A stretch of 50,358 nucleotides of DNA from Acidimicrobiia bacterium (GCA_051986275.1 JBPYDT010000118.1:1-50358), one strand, 5' to 3'. Shown: positions 1-9,603, counted from the stretch's first letter. The notes: generated by a model from the letters alone, not told the origin. Made by a program: numbers and translations.

Positions 1-1
1 C

Positions 2-124
2 GGGCGCGGCGGCCTGCTTCGACAGCTGGGCGACGCGGTCGCGCTTGGCGTCGACCTGCAGGTAGCCGCGCGCGTCCTCGATGCGACGGCGAGTCGCGGC
101 CAGTGGGTCAGTGAAGTCGCGCAC
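2..124 (-). CDS. prfB: Peptide chain release factor 2, N-terminal part (runs off the window)
   Basis: Manual translation from GTG at 124: MRDFTDPLAATRRRIEDARGYLQVDAKRDRVAQLSKQAAAP. Resembles the RF2 N-terminus and lies directly downstream of secA. Not in the ORF track. Confidence 0.8.
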   Translation of the reverse strand, partial: MRDFTDPLAATRRRIEDARGYLQVDAKRDRVAQLSKQAAAP

Positions 125-151
125 GGCGAGACGGGAGCGAGTCGCGGGCCG

Positions 152-2923
152 TCAGCGGCCGTGGCAGAGCTTGTACTTCTTCCCGCTCCCGCAGTAGCAC
201 GGCTCGTTGCGCCCGGGGGTCTTCGCGACGCGGACGGGCTCCATCGTCGCGTTCGGGTCGTTCGGATCGAACGCCTGCGCCGCGGGCGGCGCGGCGGGCG
301 CGTCGGGGAAGGCGGGGAGCTCCTCGGGCGGCGCCGTGGCGAGCGTGTCGCGGAGCCCCGCCGCTCCCTGGACCGGGTCTTCCGGCGCGCTGTAGCGCAG
401 GTTCGTCGCCACCGGCGCCGGGGCGTCCTCGGCGATCACCTGCAGATGGGTGACGTAGCGGACGAAGTCCTCCTCGATCGAGGCCATCATCGCCTCGAAC
501 ATGTCGTAGCCCTCGCGCTGCCACTCGGCCAACGGGTCCTTCTGGCCCATGGCCCGCAGGTTGATGCCTTCACGGAGGTAGTCCATCTCGTAGAGGTGCT
601 CGCGCCAGTGCTGGTCGATGACGGAGAGCATCACGCGCCGCTCGATCTCGCGCAGCGTCTCCTTGCCGATCGTCTGCTCCTTCGCCTCGTACTTGGCGAG
701 CGCCTCGCCGAGCACGAGCTCGCGGAGCTGGTCGATATGGAGGCAGTCGTCCAGCTGAGCGCGCGTGATGTCGGTCGGCAGCGTCGTGGCGAGGTTGCGG
801 GCGAATTCGTCGAGGTCCCAGTCCTCGGGGTACTCGCCGGGACAGAACGCGCCGAGCAGCCCTTCCACGATGGCCTCGATCGCCTCGAACGTCTGGTCGC
901 GCAACTCCTCGCCGTCGAGGATCTGCTGGCGGCGCTGGTAGATGACCTTGCGCTGCTCGTTCATCACCTCGTCGTACTTGAGGACGTCCTTGCGGATCTC
1001 GAAGTTGCGGTCCTCGACCGTGTGCTGGGCCCGCTCGATCGCCTTCGTGACCATGCGCGCCTCGAGCGGCATGTCGTCCGGGAAGGCGCGGTCCATGACC
1101 CAGCTCATCGCCCCCGTGGCGAAGAGCCGCATCAGGTCGTCCTCGAGCGAGAGGTAGAAGCGGGTGCTGCCCGGGTCGCCCTGGCGGCCCGAGCGACCTC
1201 GCAGCTGGTTGTCGATCCGCCGGCTCTCGTGGCGCTCCGTGCCGAGGACGTAGAGCCCGCCGACGTCACGGACACGGTCGGCGTCCTCGGCGCACTCCCC
1301 GGTGTAGCGGTCCAGTAGCTCGGCGAAGCGCGCCGGGTCCTCGTCGGGCTGCTTCCCGTCGGCGAGCAGGTCCCGACGGGCGAGCCCGTCCGGGTTGCCG
1401 CCGAGGAGGATGTCGACGCCGCGGCCCGCCATGTTCGTCGCGACGGTCACCGTGGAGGACCGGCCGGCCTGGGCGACGATGTGCGCCTCCGGCTCGTGCG
1501 CCTTCGCGTTGAGGACGGAGTGCGGGATGCCGCGCTTGTTGAGGATCCGGGAGAGCACCTCGGACTTGTCGACCGAGATCGTCCCCACGAGGACCGGCTG
1601 GCCCTCCTCGTGTCGCTCCTCGATGTCGTCGGCGACCGCGTTGAACTTGCCCTCCTCCGACTTGTAGATGAGGTCGGCGTTGTCCAGCCTGATCATCGGC
1701 GCGTTGGTGGGGATCGTCACGACCTCGAGCGCGTACGTGTGCGCGAACTCGCCGGCCTCGGTCGAGGCCGTCCCCGTCATCCCCGAGAGCTTCTCGTACA
1801 TGCGGAAGTAGTTCTGGAGGGTGATCGTGGCGAGGGTCTGGTTCTCCTCCTTGATCCGCACACCCTCCTTCGCCTCGACCGCCTGGTGCAGGCCCTCGCT
1901 CCAGCGGCGGCCCTCGAGGATCCGGCCGGTGAACTCGTCGACGATCTTGACCTCGCCGCCCTGGATCACGTAGTCGACGTCGCGCTTGAACAGCTCCTTG
2001 GCGCGCAGGGCGGCCTGCAGCTGATGCACGAAGTTCTGGTTCACGTGCTCGTAGAGGTTGGTGACGCCGAGGGACTCCTCGACGCGGGCGATGCCCTCCT
2101 CCGTCGGCGCCACCGTGCGCTTCGCCTCGTCCACCTCGTAGTCGCGCTCGGCGCGCAGCGGTCGCACGATCCGGGCGAACTGGTAGTAGAGGGCCTGGGC
2201 GTCGTCCGACGGCCCGGAGATGATGAGCGGCGTCCGGGCCTCGTCCACGAGGATCGAGTCGACCTCGTCGACGATCGCGAAGTAGTGGCCGCGCTGGACC
2301 TGGTCCTCGCGGCTCCCCGCCATGTTGTCCCGCAGGTAGTCGAACCCGAACTCGTTGTTGGTGCCGTACGTCAGGTCGGCCTGGTAGGCGCGCCGCTTCT
2401 CGCCGTAGTCGGCGATGTCGGGGATGACAACGCCGACGTCGAGCCCCAGCGCGTGGTAGATCCGGCCCATCCACTCGGCGTCCCGGCGCGCGAGGTAGTC
2501 GTTCACCGTGACGACGTGCACGCCGTACCCGGCGAGCGCGTTGAGGTAGACGGGGAGCGTCGCCACGAGGGTCTTGCCCTCCCCGGTCTTCATCTCGGCG
2601 ACCCACCCGAGGTGCAGCGCGGCGCCGCCCATCACCTGGACGTCGAAGTGGCGCTGCCCGAGCGTGCGGCGGGCGGCCTCGCGCACGAGCGCGAACGCCT
2701 CGGGGAGCACGTCGTCGAGCGCGTCGAGTCGGCGGTCGCGCTCGGTGACCGGGTCGCCGGCGCGGTCGATCCGACCGCGCAGCTCGCCGGTGAGCGCGCG
2801 CAGCTCGTCGTCGGTGCGCTGCTCCATCTCGGGCTCGTACGCGCCGACCTCGGGCACGAGCGACTCCAGAGCCTTGAGCTTGCGGCCCTCACCGACGTGC
2901 AACAGCCGTTCGAAGACTCCCAT
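152..2923 (-). CDS. secA: Preprotein translocase ATPase SecA
   Basis: MKTGEGKT Walker A, DEVDSILVDEARTPLIISG, NMAGRGVDI, RRIDNQLRGRSGRQGDPG, and a C-terminal SEC-C zinc motif CYCGSGKKYKLCH. Confidence 0.99.
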   Translation of the reverse strand: MGVFERLLHVGEGRKLKALESLVPEVGAYEPEMEQRTDDELRALTGELRGRIDRAGDPVTERDRRLDALDDVLPEAFALVREAARRTLGQRHFDVQVMGGAALHLGWVAEMKTGEGKTLVATLPVYLNALAGYGVHVVTVNDYLARRDAEWMGRIYHALGLDVGVVIPDIADYGEKRRAYQADLTYGTNNEFGFDYLRDNMAGSREDQVQRGHYFAIVDEVDSILVDEARTPLIISGPSDDAQALYYQFARIVRPLRAERDYEVDEAKRTVAPTEEGIARVEESLGVTNLYEHVNQNFVHQLQAALRAKELFKRDVDYVIQGGEVKIVDEFTGRILEGRRWSEGLHQAVEAKEGVRIKEENQTLATITLQNYFRMYEKLSGMTGTASTEAGEFAHTYALEVVTIPTNAPMIRLDNADLIYKSEEGKFNAVADDIEERHEEGQPVLVGTISVDKSEVLSRILNKRGIPHSVLNAKAHEPEAHIVAQAGRSSTVTVATNMAGRGVDILLGGNPDGLARRDLLADGKQPDEDPARFAELLDRYTGECAEDADRVRDVGGLYVLGTERHESRRIDNQLRGRSGRQGDPGSTRFYLSLEDDLMRLFATGAMSWVMDRAFPDDMPLEARMVTKAIERAQHTVEDRNFEIRKDVLKYDEVMNEQRKVIYQRRQQILDGEELRDQTFEAIEAIVEGLLGAFCPGEYPEDWDLDEFARNLATTLPTDITRAQLDDCLHIDQLRELVLGEALAKYEAKEQTIGKETLREIERRVMLSVIDQHWREHLYEMDYLREGINLRAMGQKDPLAEWQREGYDMFEAMMASIEEDFVRYVTHLQVIAEDAPAPVATNLRYSAPEDPVQGAAGLRDTLATAPPEELPAFPDAPAAPPAAQAFDPNDPNATMEPVRVAKTPGRNEPCYCGSGKKYKLCHGR

Positions 2924-2999
2924 AGCCGCGCCGAGTGTACCGGCGCGGCCCTCCGACTCCGGCGGCGCCGCGCCCAGATTCGTGCGCGTCGTCGTCCCT

Positions 3000-5012
3000 A
3001 TGCTCGCCGCCGTGCGCCCCTCGACCAGCGAGCCCCTCGGGCGCGCGGACCGACGGTGGTTCGTCGCCGCGGTCCTGGCGAGCGTCGCGGCGCTGGCCGC
3101 TGTGCTCGTCGTGGCGATACCTCACGCCCGGTCGAACGATCCGACCGTCGACGTCGCCGCCCGGCTCTGGCTCGTGGTCTGCACCGCGGTCGTGCTCACC
3201 ATCCTTGCCTCGCGGCTGCCGCGGGGAACGAAGGGGCTGCTCATCGCGGTCCTCGTCGGCTCGGCGCTCATGCTCGGCGCGGCGTTCATCCTGAGCGCCA
3301 ACGACTTCGCCCCCTTCGGGGCGGCACTCGACCAGAGCCACCGGACGGCCAGCATCACGAAGTTCGCCGCCGGCTGGGGCTGGGTCGATTTCGCCTACAA
3401 GGGCTTGCCCGCCTCGTATCCGCCGCTCAGCTTCTGGGTGCTCGGTCGGCTCGCCGCGCTGCTGTCGATCGCGCCGTGGAAGATGCTGAAGGTCGACGTC
3501 CTGGCCACCGCCTTCCTCGTCCCGGTGCTCAGTTGGCCGCTGTGGCGGCGGGTCGTCGGCGAGGTCAGCGGCGCGGCGGCCGTGCTGGCCGGCGCCCTCG
3601 TCTTCCAAGCGTGGTACCGCCCCATGGCGTGGCTGGTCGTGGCCCTGTTCGTGCCGTGGTGGCTGTGGGGCGTGCTCGGCGTCGGCCGCTCCCCCGCTCG
3701 GTCCCGGCTGGAGCTCGCAGTGGCCGCGGTCATCGGCGCGGCGTTGCTGTGCACCTACTACTTCCCGTTCTTCCTCGGGGTGCTCATGCTCCTCGTGGTC
3801 CTCGTCCTGCGTCGGCCGGCGGCGGCCCGAGGACTCGCGCTCCCACCACAGAACCTGCGCGACACCGGTCTCGTGCTGGGCGGAACCGCGGTGTTGAGCT
3901 CGCCGTTCTGGCTGCCCCTCGCGGTCTCCGTGCTGCGCTACGGGTACCAGTCAAGCTTCAACCGCTACTACGTGTCGGACTTCGTGGACCTGCGCCTGCG
4001 CTTCTTGACCTTCGACGTGCCCGGCATCGTCATGCTCGTCGGGCTGGTGTACCTCCTCCTCACGGCCCGGCGCTCCCCGATCTCACTGGCGCTGCTCGGC
4101 CTCCTCGCGGCGGGGCTGCTGTATTACGTCGCCGGCTACGTCGGTGTCCTCGCGAACGTTCCGATCCTCTCGTTCCAGGCCGATGAGGTTATCGATGCGA
4201 TCCTCGGGGCCGCGGCGGGGCTCGCGCTCGTGGACGGTTGGCAGTTCCTCGTCGGCAGCGAGTGGCTGCGTGCGCGGTTCGGGCGCGCCGGTGTCACCAC
4301 GGCCGCGGTGGTCGCCGGTGTGCTGCTCGCGTTCAGCTTGGCGCAGAGCGCCGTCAGCTCGATCCCCTACGTCAACGAGCAGCGCGCCTCGGTGTACCCC
4401 GCGACGCTGCTCGCCGACTTCCAGCGGGCCGCGGGCGGTTCGGTCACGCACCGCGTCGTGCTCACCGACCTGTGGCAGCTGCCCACCTTCCTCCCCGTGT
4501 ACGTGTTCAACTGGTGGGACACCCAAGCGAGTTCGCCGTCGTCTCGCGAGAACGATCGGACGGCGTTCCTCGATCGCCTCTCGCAGGAGCAGGACCCGGC
4601 CGCCTTCTCGATCGCGCTGCTGCACAACGTCTATGACCGGATCGACGACGTGGTCCTGCGCCCGGGCATGAACGGTGGGTTCGCGTACACGTTCACCGAC
4701 GATGCGTTCCCGCGACCGCCCGTCGTCCGCACCTTCACCTACGCCGGGGTGCTCTTCGCGACGTCCGCGTTCCGACGAGTCAACACGCCCAGCTTCACGC
4801 TCTTCCGAGTCGAGCCGCGTGGTGACCCGCTCCGGGGACTCCGCGCCTGCCCGCGCCAGCCGAGCCGCGCGGGCTGCCAGGCACTCGGCGACGTTGCCCA
4901 CCGCTTCGCGGGCGATGTGGACGCCAACGTGCTCGACCTCGCCCGTCGCTGGGAGGCCGCGCGACGGGGGGATGCCAGCCACCTCAGCGACGTCCGTGGT
5001 CATCGCACCTAG
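3000..5012 (+). CDS. AftA-like arabinofuranosyltransferase (GT-C polytopic membrane glycosyltransferase)
   Basis: About 12 hydrophobic segments plus a soluble C-terminal domain. The loop DQSHRTASITKF...DFAYKGLPASYPPLSFWVLGRLA resembles the AftA signature DQQFRTEYLTR...DMTYxGLPPFYPPGWFWxGGR. ATG 3000 chosen because the longer ORF overlaps secA. Confidence 0.7.
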   Translation: MLAAVRPSTSEPLGRADRRWFVAAVLASVAALAAVLVVAIPHARSNDPTVDVAARLWLVVCTAVVLTILASRLPRGTKGLLIAVLVGSALMLGAAFILSANDFAPFGAALDQSHRTASITKFAAGWGWVDFAYKGLPASYPPLSFWVLGRLAALLSIAPWKMLKVDVLATAFLVPVLSWPLWRRVVGEVSGAAAVLAGALVFQAWYRPMAWLVVALFVPWWLWGVLGVGRSPARSRLELAVAAVIGAALLCTYYFPFFLGVLMLLVVLVLRRPAAARGLALPPQNLRDTGLVLGGTAVLSSPFWLPLAVSVLRYGYQSSFNRYYVSDFVDLRLRFLTFDVPGIVMLVGLVYLLLTARRSPISLALLGLLAAGLLYYVAGYVGVLANVPILSFQADEVIDAILGAAAGLALVDGWQFLVGSEWLRARFGRAGVTTAAVVAGVLLAFSLAQSAVSSIPYVNEQRASVYPATLLADFQRAAGGSVTHRVVLTDLWQLPTFLPVYVFNWWDTQASSPSSRENDRTAFLDRLSQEQDPAAFSIALLHNVYDRIDDVVLRPGMNGGFAYTFTDDAFPRPPVVRTFTYAGVLFATSAFRRVNTPSFTLFRVEPRGDPLRGLRACPRQPSRAGCQALGDVAHRFAGDVDANVLDLARRWEAARRGDASHLSDVRGHRT

Positions 5013-5293
5013 CGGTTGTGGTGGCGGCTCACCTGGCGGCGCAGCTTGTCGACGACGAGGTCCAGGGCGGCTTCCGGAACCGGCGCGGCCGCGCGCGCGG
5101 CGACGGGGGCGTGGCGACGGTGCACGACCACCGCGCAGCGATGGCGACGCGCGATCCGCGGGTTGCGCTCCTCGGTGAAGTCGACCTCGGCCCACGAGAC
5201 GTCCCGCACCATGCGCTCGAGCCGCCCGAGCTTGCGCTCCGCGGCGCTGCGCAGCGTCGAGGGAACGTTCCGTCCGCGTACGACGACGTCCAT
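5009..5293 (-). CDS. hpf: Ribosome hibernation factor (HPF/RaiA family), short 94-aa form
   Basis: MDVVVRGRNVPSTLRSAAERKLGRLER...EVDFTEERNPRI...AALDLVVDKLRRQ; GGGAGG RBS upstream; usual position upstream of secA. Confidence 0.85.
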   Translation of the reverse strand: MDVVVRGRNVPSTLRSAAERKLGRLERMVRDVSWAEVDFTEERNPRIARRHRCAVVVHRRHAPVAARAAAPVPEAALDLVVDKLRRQVSRHHNR

Positions 5294-5376
5294 GCGCGCC
5301 TCCCGTCGGCCGGTCGGGGTTCGCTCGCGCGGAGTGTACGCCCGCACCGCCGGGCCGGCCCCCGGAGCCTCCGGCG

Positions 5377-6825
5377 TCAGTACCGGTAGTGGTCGGGCTT
5401 GAAGGGCCCGGCGACCGGGACGCCGAGGTACGCGGCCTGGGCGTCGGTGAGCGTCGTCAGTCGCACCCCGAGCTTGTCGAGGTGCAGGCGCGCCACCTCC
5501 TCGTCGAGGTGCTTCGGCAGCGTGTACACCCTCCGCTCGTAGAAGTCGCGGTGCGTGTACAGCTCCAGCTGGGCGAGCACCTGGTTCGTGAAGCTGTTCG
5601 ACATGACGAAGCTCGGGTGCCCCGTCGCGCACCCGAGGTTCACGAGGCGGCCCTCGGCGAGGACGATGACGGCGTGCCCGTCGGGGAAGCGCCACTCGTC
5701 GACCTGGGGCTTCACGTTGACCCTCGTGATCCCGGGCACGGCGGCGAGGCCGGCCATGTCGATCTCGTTGTCGAAGTGGCCGATGTTGGCGACAATCGCG
5801 TTGTGCTTCATCTGCGCCATCTGCTCGGCCGTGATGATGCTCGTGTTGCCCGTCGCCGTGACGAAGAGGTCGGCCGTGCGCACCGCGTCCTCGAGGCGCA
5901 GCACCTGGTAGCCCTCCATGGCCGCCTGCAGCGCGCAGATCGGGTCGATCTCGGTGATGACGACGCGGGCTCCCTGGCCGCGGAGCGACTGGGCGCAGCC
6001 CTTCCCGACGTCGCCGTAGCCGCAGACGACGGCGACCTTCCCGGCGAGCATCACGTCGGTCGCCCGGCAGATCCCGTCGACCAGCGAGTGCCGGCAGCCG
6101 TAGAGGTTGTCGAACTTCGACTTGGTCACCGAGTCGTTCACGTTGATCGCGGGGAACAGGAGGGTGCCGGCCTCGTGCATCTGGTAGAGGCGGTGCACGC
6201 CGGTCGTGGTCTCCTCGGTCACCCCGAGGATGGCGTCGGCCATGCGGTGCCAGCACCGGTCGTCCTCGGCCCGGACGCGGCGCAGCATGCCGAGCACGCA
6301 GCGCCACTCCTCGCTGTCGTCGGCGCTCGGCTGAGGGACCGCGCCCGCCGTCTCGTACTCGACGCCGCGGTGCACGGCGAGGGTGGCGTCACCGCCGTCG
6401 TCGAGCAGCAGGGTGGGCCCGCCGGTGTCGGCGTCCGGCCAGCGCAGCGCCTGCTCGGTGCACCACCAGTACTCCTCCAGCGTCTCGCCCTTCCAAGCGA
6501 ACACGGGGATGCCGCGCGCCGCGATCGCGGCCGCGGCGTGGTCCTGGGTGGAGAAGATGTTGCAGGAGGCCCAGCGGACGCGCGCGCCGAGCGCGACGAG
6601 GGTCTCGATGAGCACCGCGGTCTGGATGGTCATGTGCAGCGAGCCGGTGATCCGTGCTCCGGCGAGCGGCTGCGTCGCGGCGTGCCGCTCGCGCATCGCT
6701 ATCAGCCCGGGCATCTCGAGCTCGGCGAGCGCGATCTCCTTGCGGCCGAAGTCGGCGAGGCTCGGGTCGGCGACCTTGCTCGCGGGACGGTCGGTCGAGC
6801 GGTTGGCGGGTGCGGTGGTGGTCAT
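5377..6825 (-). CDS. ahcY: Adenosylhomocysteinase
   Basis: [49 protein letters not shown]-terminal [10 protein letters not shown]; GGAGGAG RBS. Confidence 0.99.
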   Translation of the reverse strand: MTTTAPANRSTDRPASKVADPSLADFGRKEIALAELEMPGLIAMRERHAATQPLAGARITGSLHMTIQTAVLIETLVALGARVRWASCNIFSTQDHAAAAIAARGIPVFAWKGETLEEYWWCTEQALRWPDADTGGPTLLLDDGGDATLAVHRGVEYETAGAVPQPSADDSEEWRCVLGMLRRVRAEDDRCWHRMADAILGVTEETTTGVHRLYQMHEAGTLLFPAINVNDSVTKSKFDNLYGCRHSLVDGICRATDVMLAGKVAVVCGYGDVGKGCAQSLRGQGARVVITEIDPICALQAAMEGYQVLRLEDAVRTADLFVTATGNTSIITAEQMAQMKHNAIVANIGHFDNEIDMAGLAAVPGITRVNVKPQVDEWRFPDGHAVIVLAEGRLVNLGCATGHPSFVMSNSFTNQVLAQLELYTHRDFYERRVYTLPKHLDEEVARLHLDKLGVRLTTLTDAQAAYLGVPVAGPFKPDHYRY

Positions 6826-6929
6826 GTCGACTCCTCCGGGCTCGGGCGCGTCGACGCGCCGCAGCGATGTTCGGGGAGTCGGCCCGGATCACCGGGTGAC
6901 AGCTGCGGGCAGCCCGACCGCCAACCAGG
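6826..6929 (-). promoter_or_regulatory. Structured 5' leader of ahcY, candidate translational riboswitch
   Basis: Stems on the minus-strand RNA: CCGCAGC/GCUGCGG (6902-6908 with 6859-6865), CCCGG-UGAU-CCGGG (6883-6896), 16-nt palindrome 6845-6860. CGACUCC (6875-6881) is complementary to GGAGUCG (6828-6834), which overlaps the SD. Confidence 0.5.
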
Positions 6930-7982
6930 CTAGTCGGCGGTGGGACCCATCGCCGCCTTGAGCTGGGCGATCGCGTCGATCGGTCCCGGGTCGACGTCGT
7001 TGTCGAGCGCGAGATAGCACGACACCCAGTCGCCGAGGTACATGAGGTCGAGGAGCTCGGCGAGACGGCCCTCGCCCTCGGCGGTGACCTCGATCACCTG
7101 CTGGACGGCCTCCTCGATCAGCTCGGTCGTGCGGTCGATCCGCTCGGAGAGCCGGGCGTGCTCGAACCCGTGGCGCAGCGACACGAGCGTGAGGAGCTGG
7201 CGCGTCACGTCGCCGTGCTGGCCCCAGCCGCAGATCTCGTTGTGGTCAAGCTCGGGGTACGACGCGTCGAAGGCCGGCGCCTTGGCGTTCTCGTTGATGT
7301 CGCACTTCCAGCGGTAGGCCGCGACCGCCCCGAGCGCGCCGCCCCCGTAGATGAGCGGGATGCTGCGGCCGATGCGACGCGCCAGCTCCCGGGCGGGGTT
7401 CGCCGCGCCCTCGACGCGTGGGGCGCACTGGTCGCGGCGCCGCTTCAGCTGCGCCTGGGCCTCGACCAGGAGCGCACGCCCCTGCGGCAGCAGCCCGGCG
7501 TGGAACACAGCCACGAAGAGCGGCGCGACGAGCGCGCCGATCGCGGCGCGCGGCATCCCCAGGTTCGGGTCGCAGGGCACGTGCACGCCGCCTCGGTCGG
7601 CCGCGAGCGCCGCGAGGTCACCACCCGCCGCGACGGCGACGAGGCGGGCGCCGGCGTCGAGCGCGCCGCTCGCCATGGCGAGGGTCTCTTCGGTGTTGCC
7701 CGAGTAGGACAGCGCGAACGCGAGCGTGCGCGGCCCGACGAACGCCGGGGTGCGGATCTGCTTGAGGACGACGACCGGGACGGGGAGCGACGAGGCGGTC
7801 GCCCGCAGCACGTCGCCGGCGATGCCCGAGCCGCCCATGCCGAGCACGACGATGTTGTCGACCTGGTCGGCGTGGGGCAGCGTCGTGTGGTCAAGGACCA
7901 CGCCGGCCTGCTCGTGGGCGGCCGCGAGCTGCTCGGGGAGCTCGCGCACGGAGTCGAGGAACCCGAGGGTGTCGGGCGCCAC
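6930..7982 (-). CDS. Bifunctional phosphoglucose/phosphomannose isomerase (SIS domains)
   Basis: GMGGSG, SYSGNTEET, RWKCDINENAK, PELDHNEICGW. Confidence 0.92.
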   Translation of the reverse strand: MAPDTLGFLDSVRELPEQLAAAHEQAGVVLDHTTLPHADQVDNIVVLGMGGSGIAGDVLRATASSLPVPVVVLKQIRTPAFVGPRTLAFALSYSGNTEETLAMASGALDAGARLVAVAAGGDLAALAADRGGVHVPCDPNLGMPRAAIGALVAPLFVAVFHAGLLPQGRALLVEAQAQLKRRRDQCAPRVEGAANPARELARRIGRSIPLIYGGGALGAVAAYRWKCDINENAKAPAFDASYPELDHNEICGWGQHGDVTRQLLTLVSLRHGFEHARLSERIDRTTELIEEAVQQVIEVTAEGEGRLAELLDLMYLGDWVSCYLALDNDVDPGPIDAIAQLKAAMGPTAD

Positions 7983-7984
7983 GC

Positions 7985-8221
7985 CTAGGCCTCGAAGGTC
8001 GGCTGGATGCCCTCGGCCGCGGCCTTGGCGACGAGGCGCTCGTGCTCGCCGTCGTCGACGGTCTCGGCCTCGTCGATGAGCATGATCGGGATGTCGTCCC
8101 GGACGGCGTAACGGCGGTGCAGCCGCGGGTTGTAGAGCGCGGACTCGTCGGGGAAGTAGAGCAGCGGGCCCTTGTCCTCGGGGCAGGCGAGGATCTCGAG
8201 CAGTTTCGGGTCGAGCGTCAC
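7985..8221 (-). CDS. Trm112 family protein
   Basis: From GTG 8221: LDPKLLEILACPEDKGPL...YAVRDDIPIMLIDEA; conserved position between manB and the SIS gene. Confidence 0.92.
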   Translation of the reverse strand: MTLDPKLLEILACPEDKGPLLYFPDESALYNPRLHRRYAVRDDIPIMLIDEAETVDDGEHERLVAKAAAEGIQPTFEA

Positions 8222-8226
8222 GGGCG

Positions 8227-9603
8227 TCAGTCTGCCTCGCGCGCCACGAGCGTGAGGACCTCGGCGGCGTGCGCTTGGCACGCGTCGGCGTCGGGCGCCT
8301 CGACGTTCAGGCGCAGCAGCGGCTCGGTGTTGCTCGGCCGCAGGTTGAACCACCAGGCGCCGTGGTCGACCGTGAGGCCGTCGAGTCGGTCTTGGGAGAC
8401 GCCGGCGTACGCGGACGCGACCGCCTCGAGGACCGCCCCGGGGTCGCCGACGCGCTGGTTGATCTCGCCCGACTGGACGTAGCGCTCGTACGGGCGGCGC
8501 AGCGTCGAGAGCGGCATCCCGCTGCGGGCGAGCGCCTCGAGGACCACGAGCGCGGCGATGATGCCCGAGTCGGCGCGGTAGTTGTCGCGGAAGTAGTAGT
8601 GGCCCGAGTGCTCGCCGCCGAAGCTGGCGCCCGTCTCGGCCATGACCGCCTTGATGAACGAGTGGCCGACGCGGGTGCGCACGGGTGTGCCGCCCAGCTC
8701 ACGCACGATCTCGGGGACCGCCTTCGAGCAGATGAGGTTGTGCACGATCGTGCGGTCGGGCAACGGCGCGTCGGCCGGCAGCCCGCGCAGCGTCGATGCG
8801 GCCACGATCGACGTGGTGAGGGACCCCGAGAGGGGCTCCGCGGCGTCGTCGACGAGGAACACCCGGTCCGCGTCGCCGTCGAAGGCGAGGCCGACGTCCG
8901 CGCCTCGATCGCGGACCGCCCGCTGGAGGTCGACCAGGTTCTCGGGCTGGATCGGGTCGGCCGGGTGGTTGGGGAAGGTGCCGTCGAGCTCGCCGTAGAG
9001 CAGCTCGACGCTCACCGGCAGCCCGTCGAACACCGCGGGGACGACGAGGCCCCCGAGCCCGTTCGCCGTGTCGGCCACGATCCGCTGGCCGGCGAGCGCG
9101 TTGACGTCGACGAACGAGCGCACGTGGCGGACGAACGCCGGCAGCAGGTCCTGGTGCTCGACCTCGCCGCGCCGGCCGCCCCCGTCGAGGTGCCCGTCGG
9201 CGACGAGCGCGCGGATCTCGGCAAGGCCGGTCTCCTCCCCCACCGGCGCGGCCCCGGCGCGGCACAGCTTGATGCCGTTGTACTCCGCCGGGTTGTGGCT
9301 CGCCGTGAACATCGCGGCGGGCGCGTCGAGGTGCCCCGACGCGAAGTACACGAGGTCGGTCGAGGCGAGGCCGAGGTCGACGACGTCAGCGCCCGCGGCG
9401 GTCGCGCCGTAGGTGAACGCCGCGACGAGCGGCTCGGACGACGGCCGGGCGTCGCGCCCGACGAGCACGCGGCGCGCCTTGGTGTACGTGACGAACGCGC
9501 CGCCGACGCGCTCGGCGATCGACTCGTCGAGCTGGTCGGGGTACACGCCCCGGATGTCGTACGCCTTGAAGATGAGGTCGAGCGACGCCGGCCGGGGGCT
9601 CAC
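8227..9603 (-). CDS. manB: Phosphomannomutase/phosphoglucomutase
   Basis: FKAYDIRG, TASHNP phosphoserine motif, FDGDADR, GGEHSGHYYF. Confidence 0.96.
   Translation of the reverse strand: MSPRPASLDLIFKAYDIRGVYPDQLDESIAERVGGAFVTYTKARRVLVGRDARPSSEPLVAAFTYGATAAGADVVDLGLASTDLVYFASGHLDAPAAMFTASHNPAEYNGIKLCRAGAAPVGEETGLAEIRALVADGHLDGGGRRGEVEHQDLLPAFVRHVRSFVDVNALAGQRIVADTANGLGGLVVPAVFDGLPVSVELLYGELDGTFPNHPADPIQPENLVDLQRAVRDRGADVGLAFDGDADRVFLVDDAAEPLSGSLTTSIVAASTLRGLPADAPLPDRTIVHNLICSKAVPEIVRELGGTPVRTRVGHSFIKAVMAETGASFGGEHSGHYYFRDNYRADSGIIAALVVLEALARSGMPLSTLRRPYERYVQSGEINQRVGDPGAVLEAVASAYAGVSQDRLDGLTVDHGAWWFNLRPSNTEPLLRLNVEAPDADACQAHAAEVLTLVAREAD

Noticed and set aside
6826-6929. Canonical SAH or SAM-I/IV riboswitch
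   Set aside because: Their conserved core sequences are not recognisable; kept only as a non-canonical candidate.
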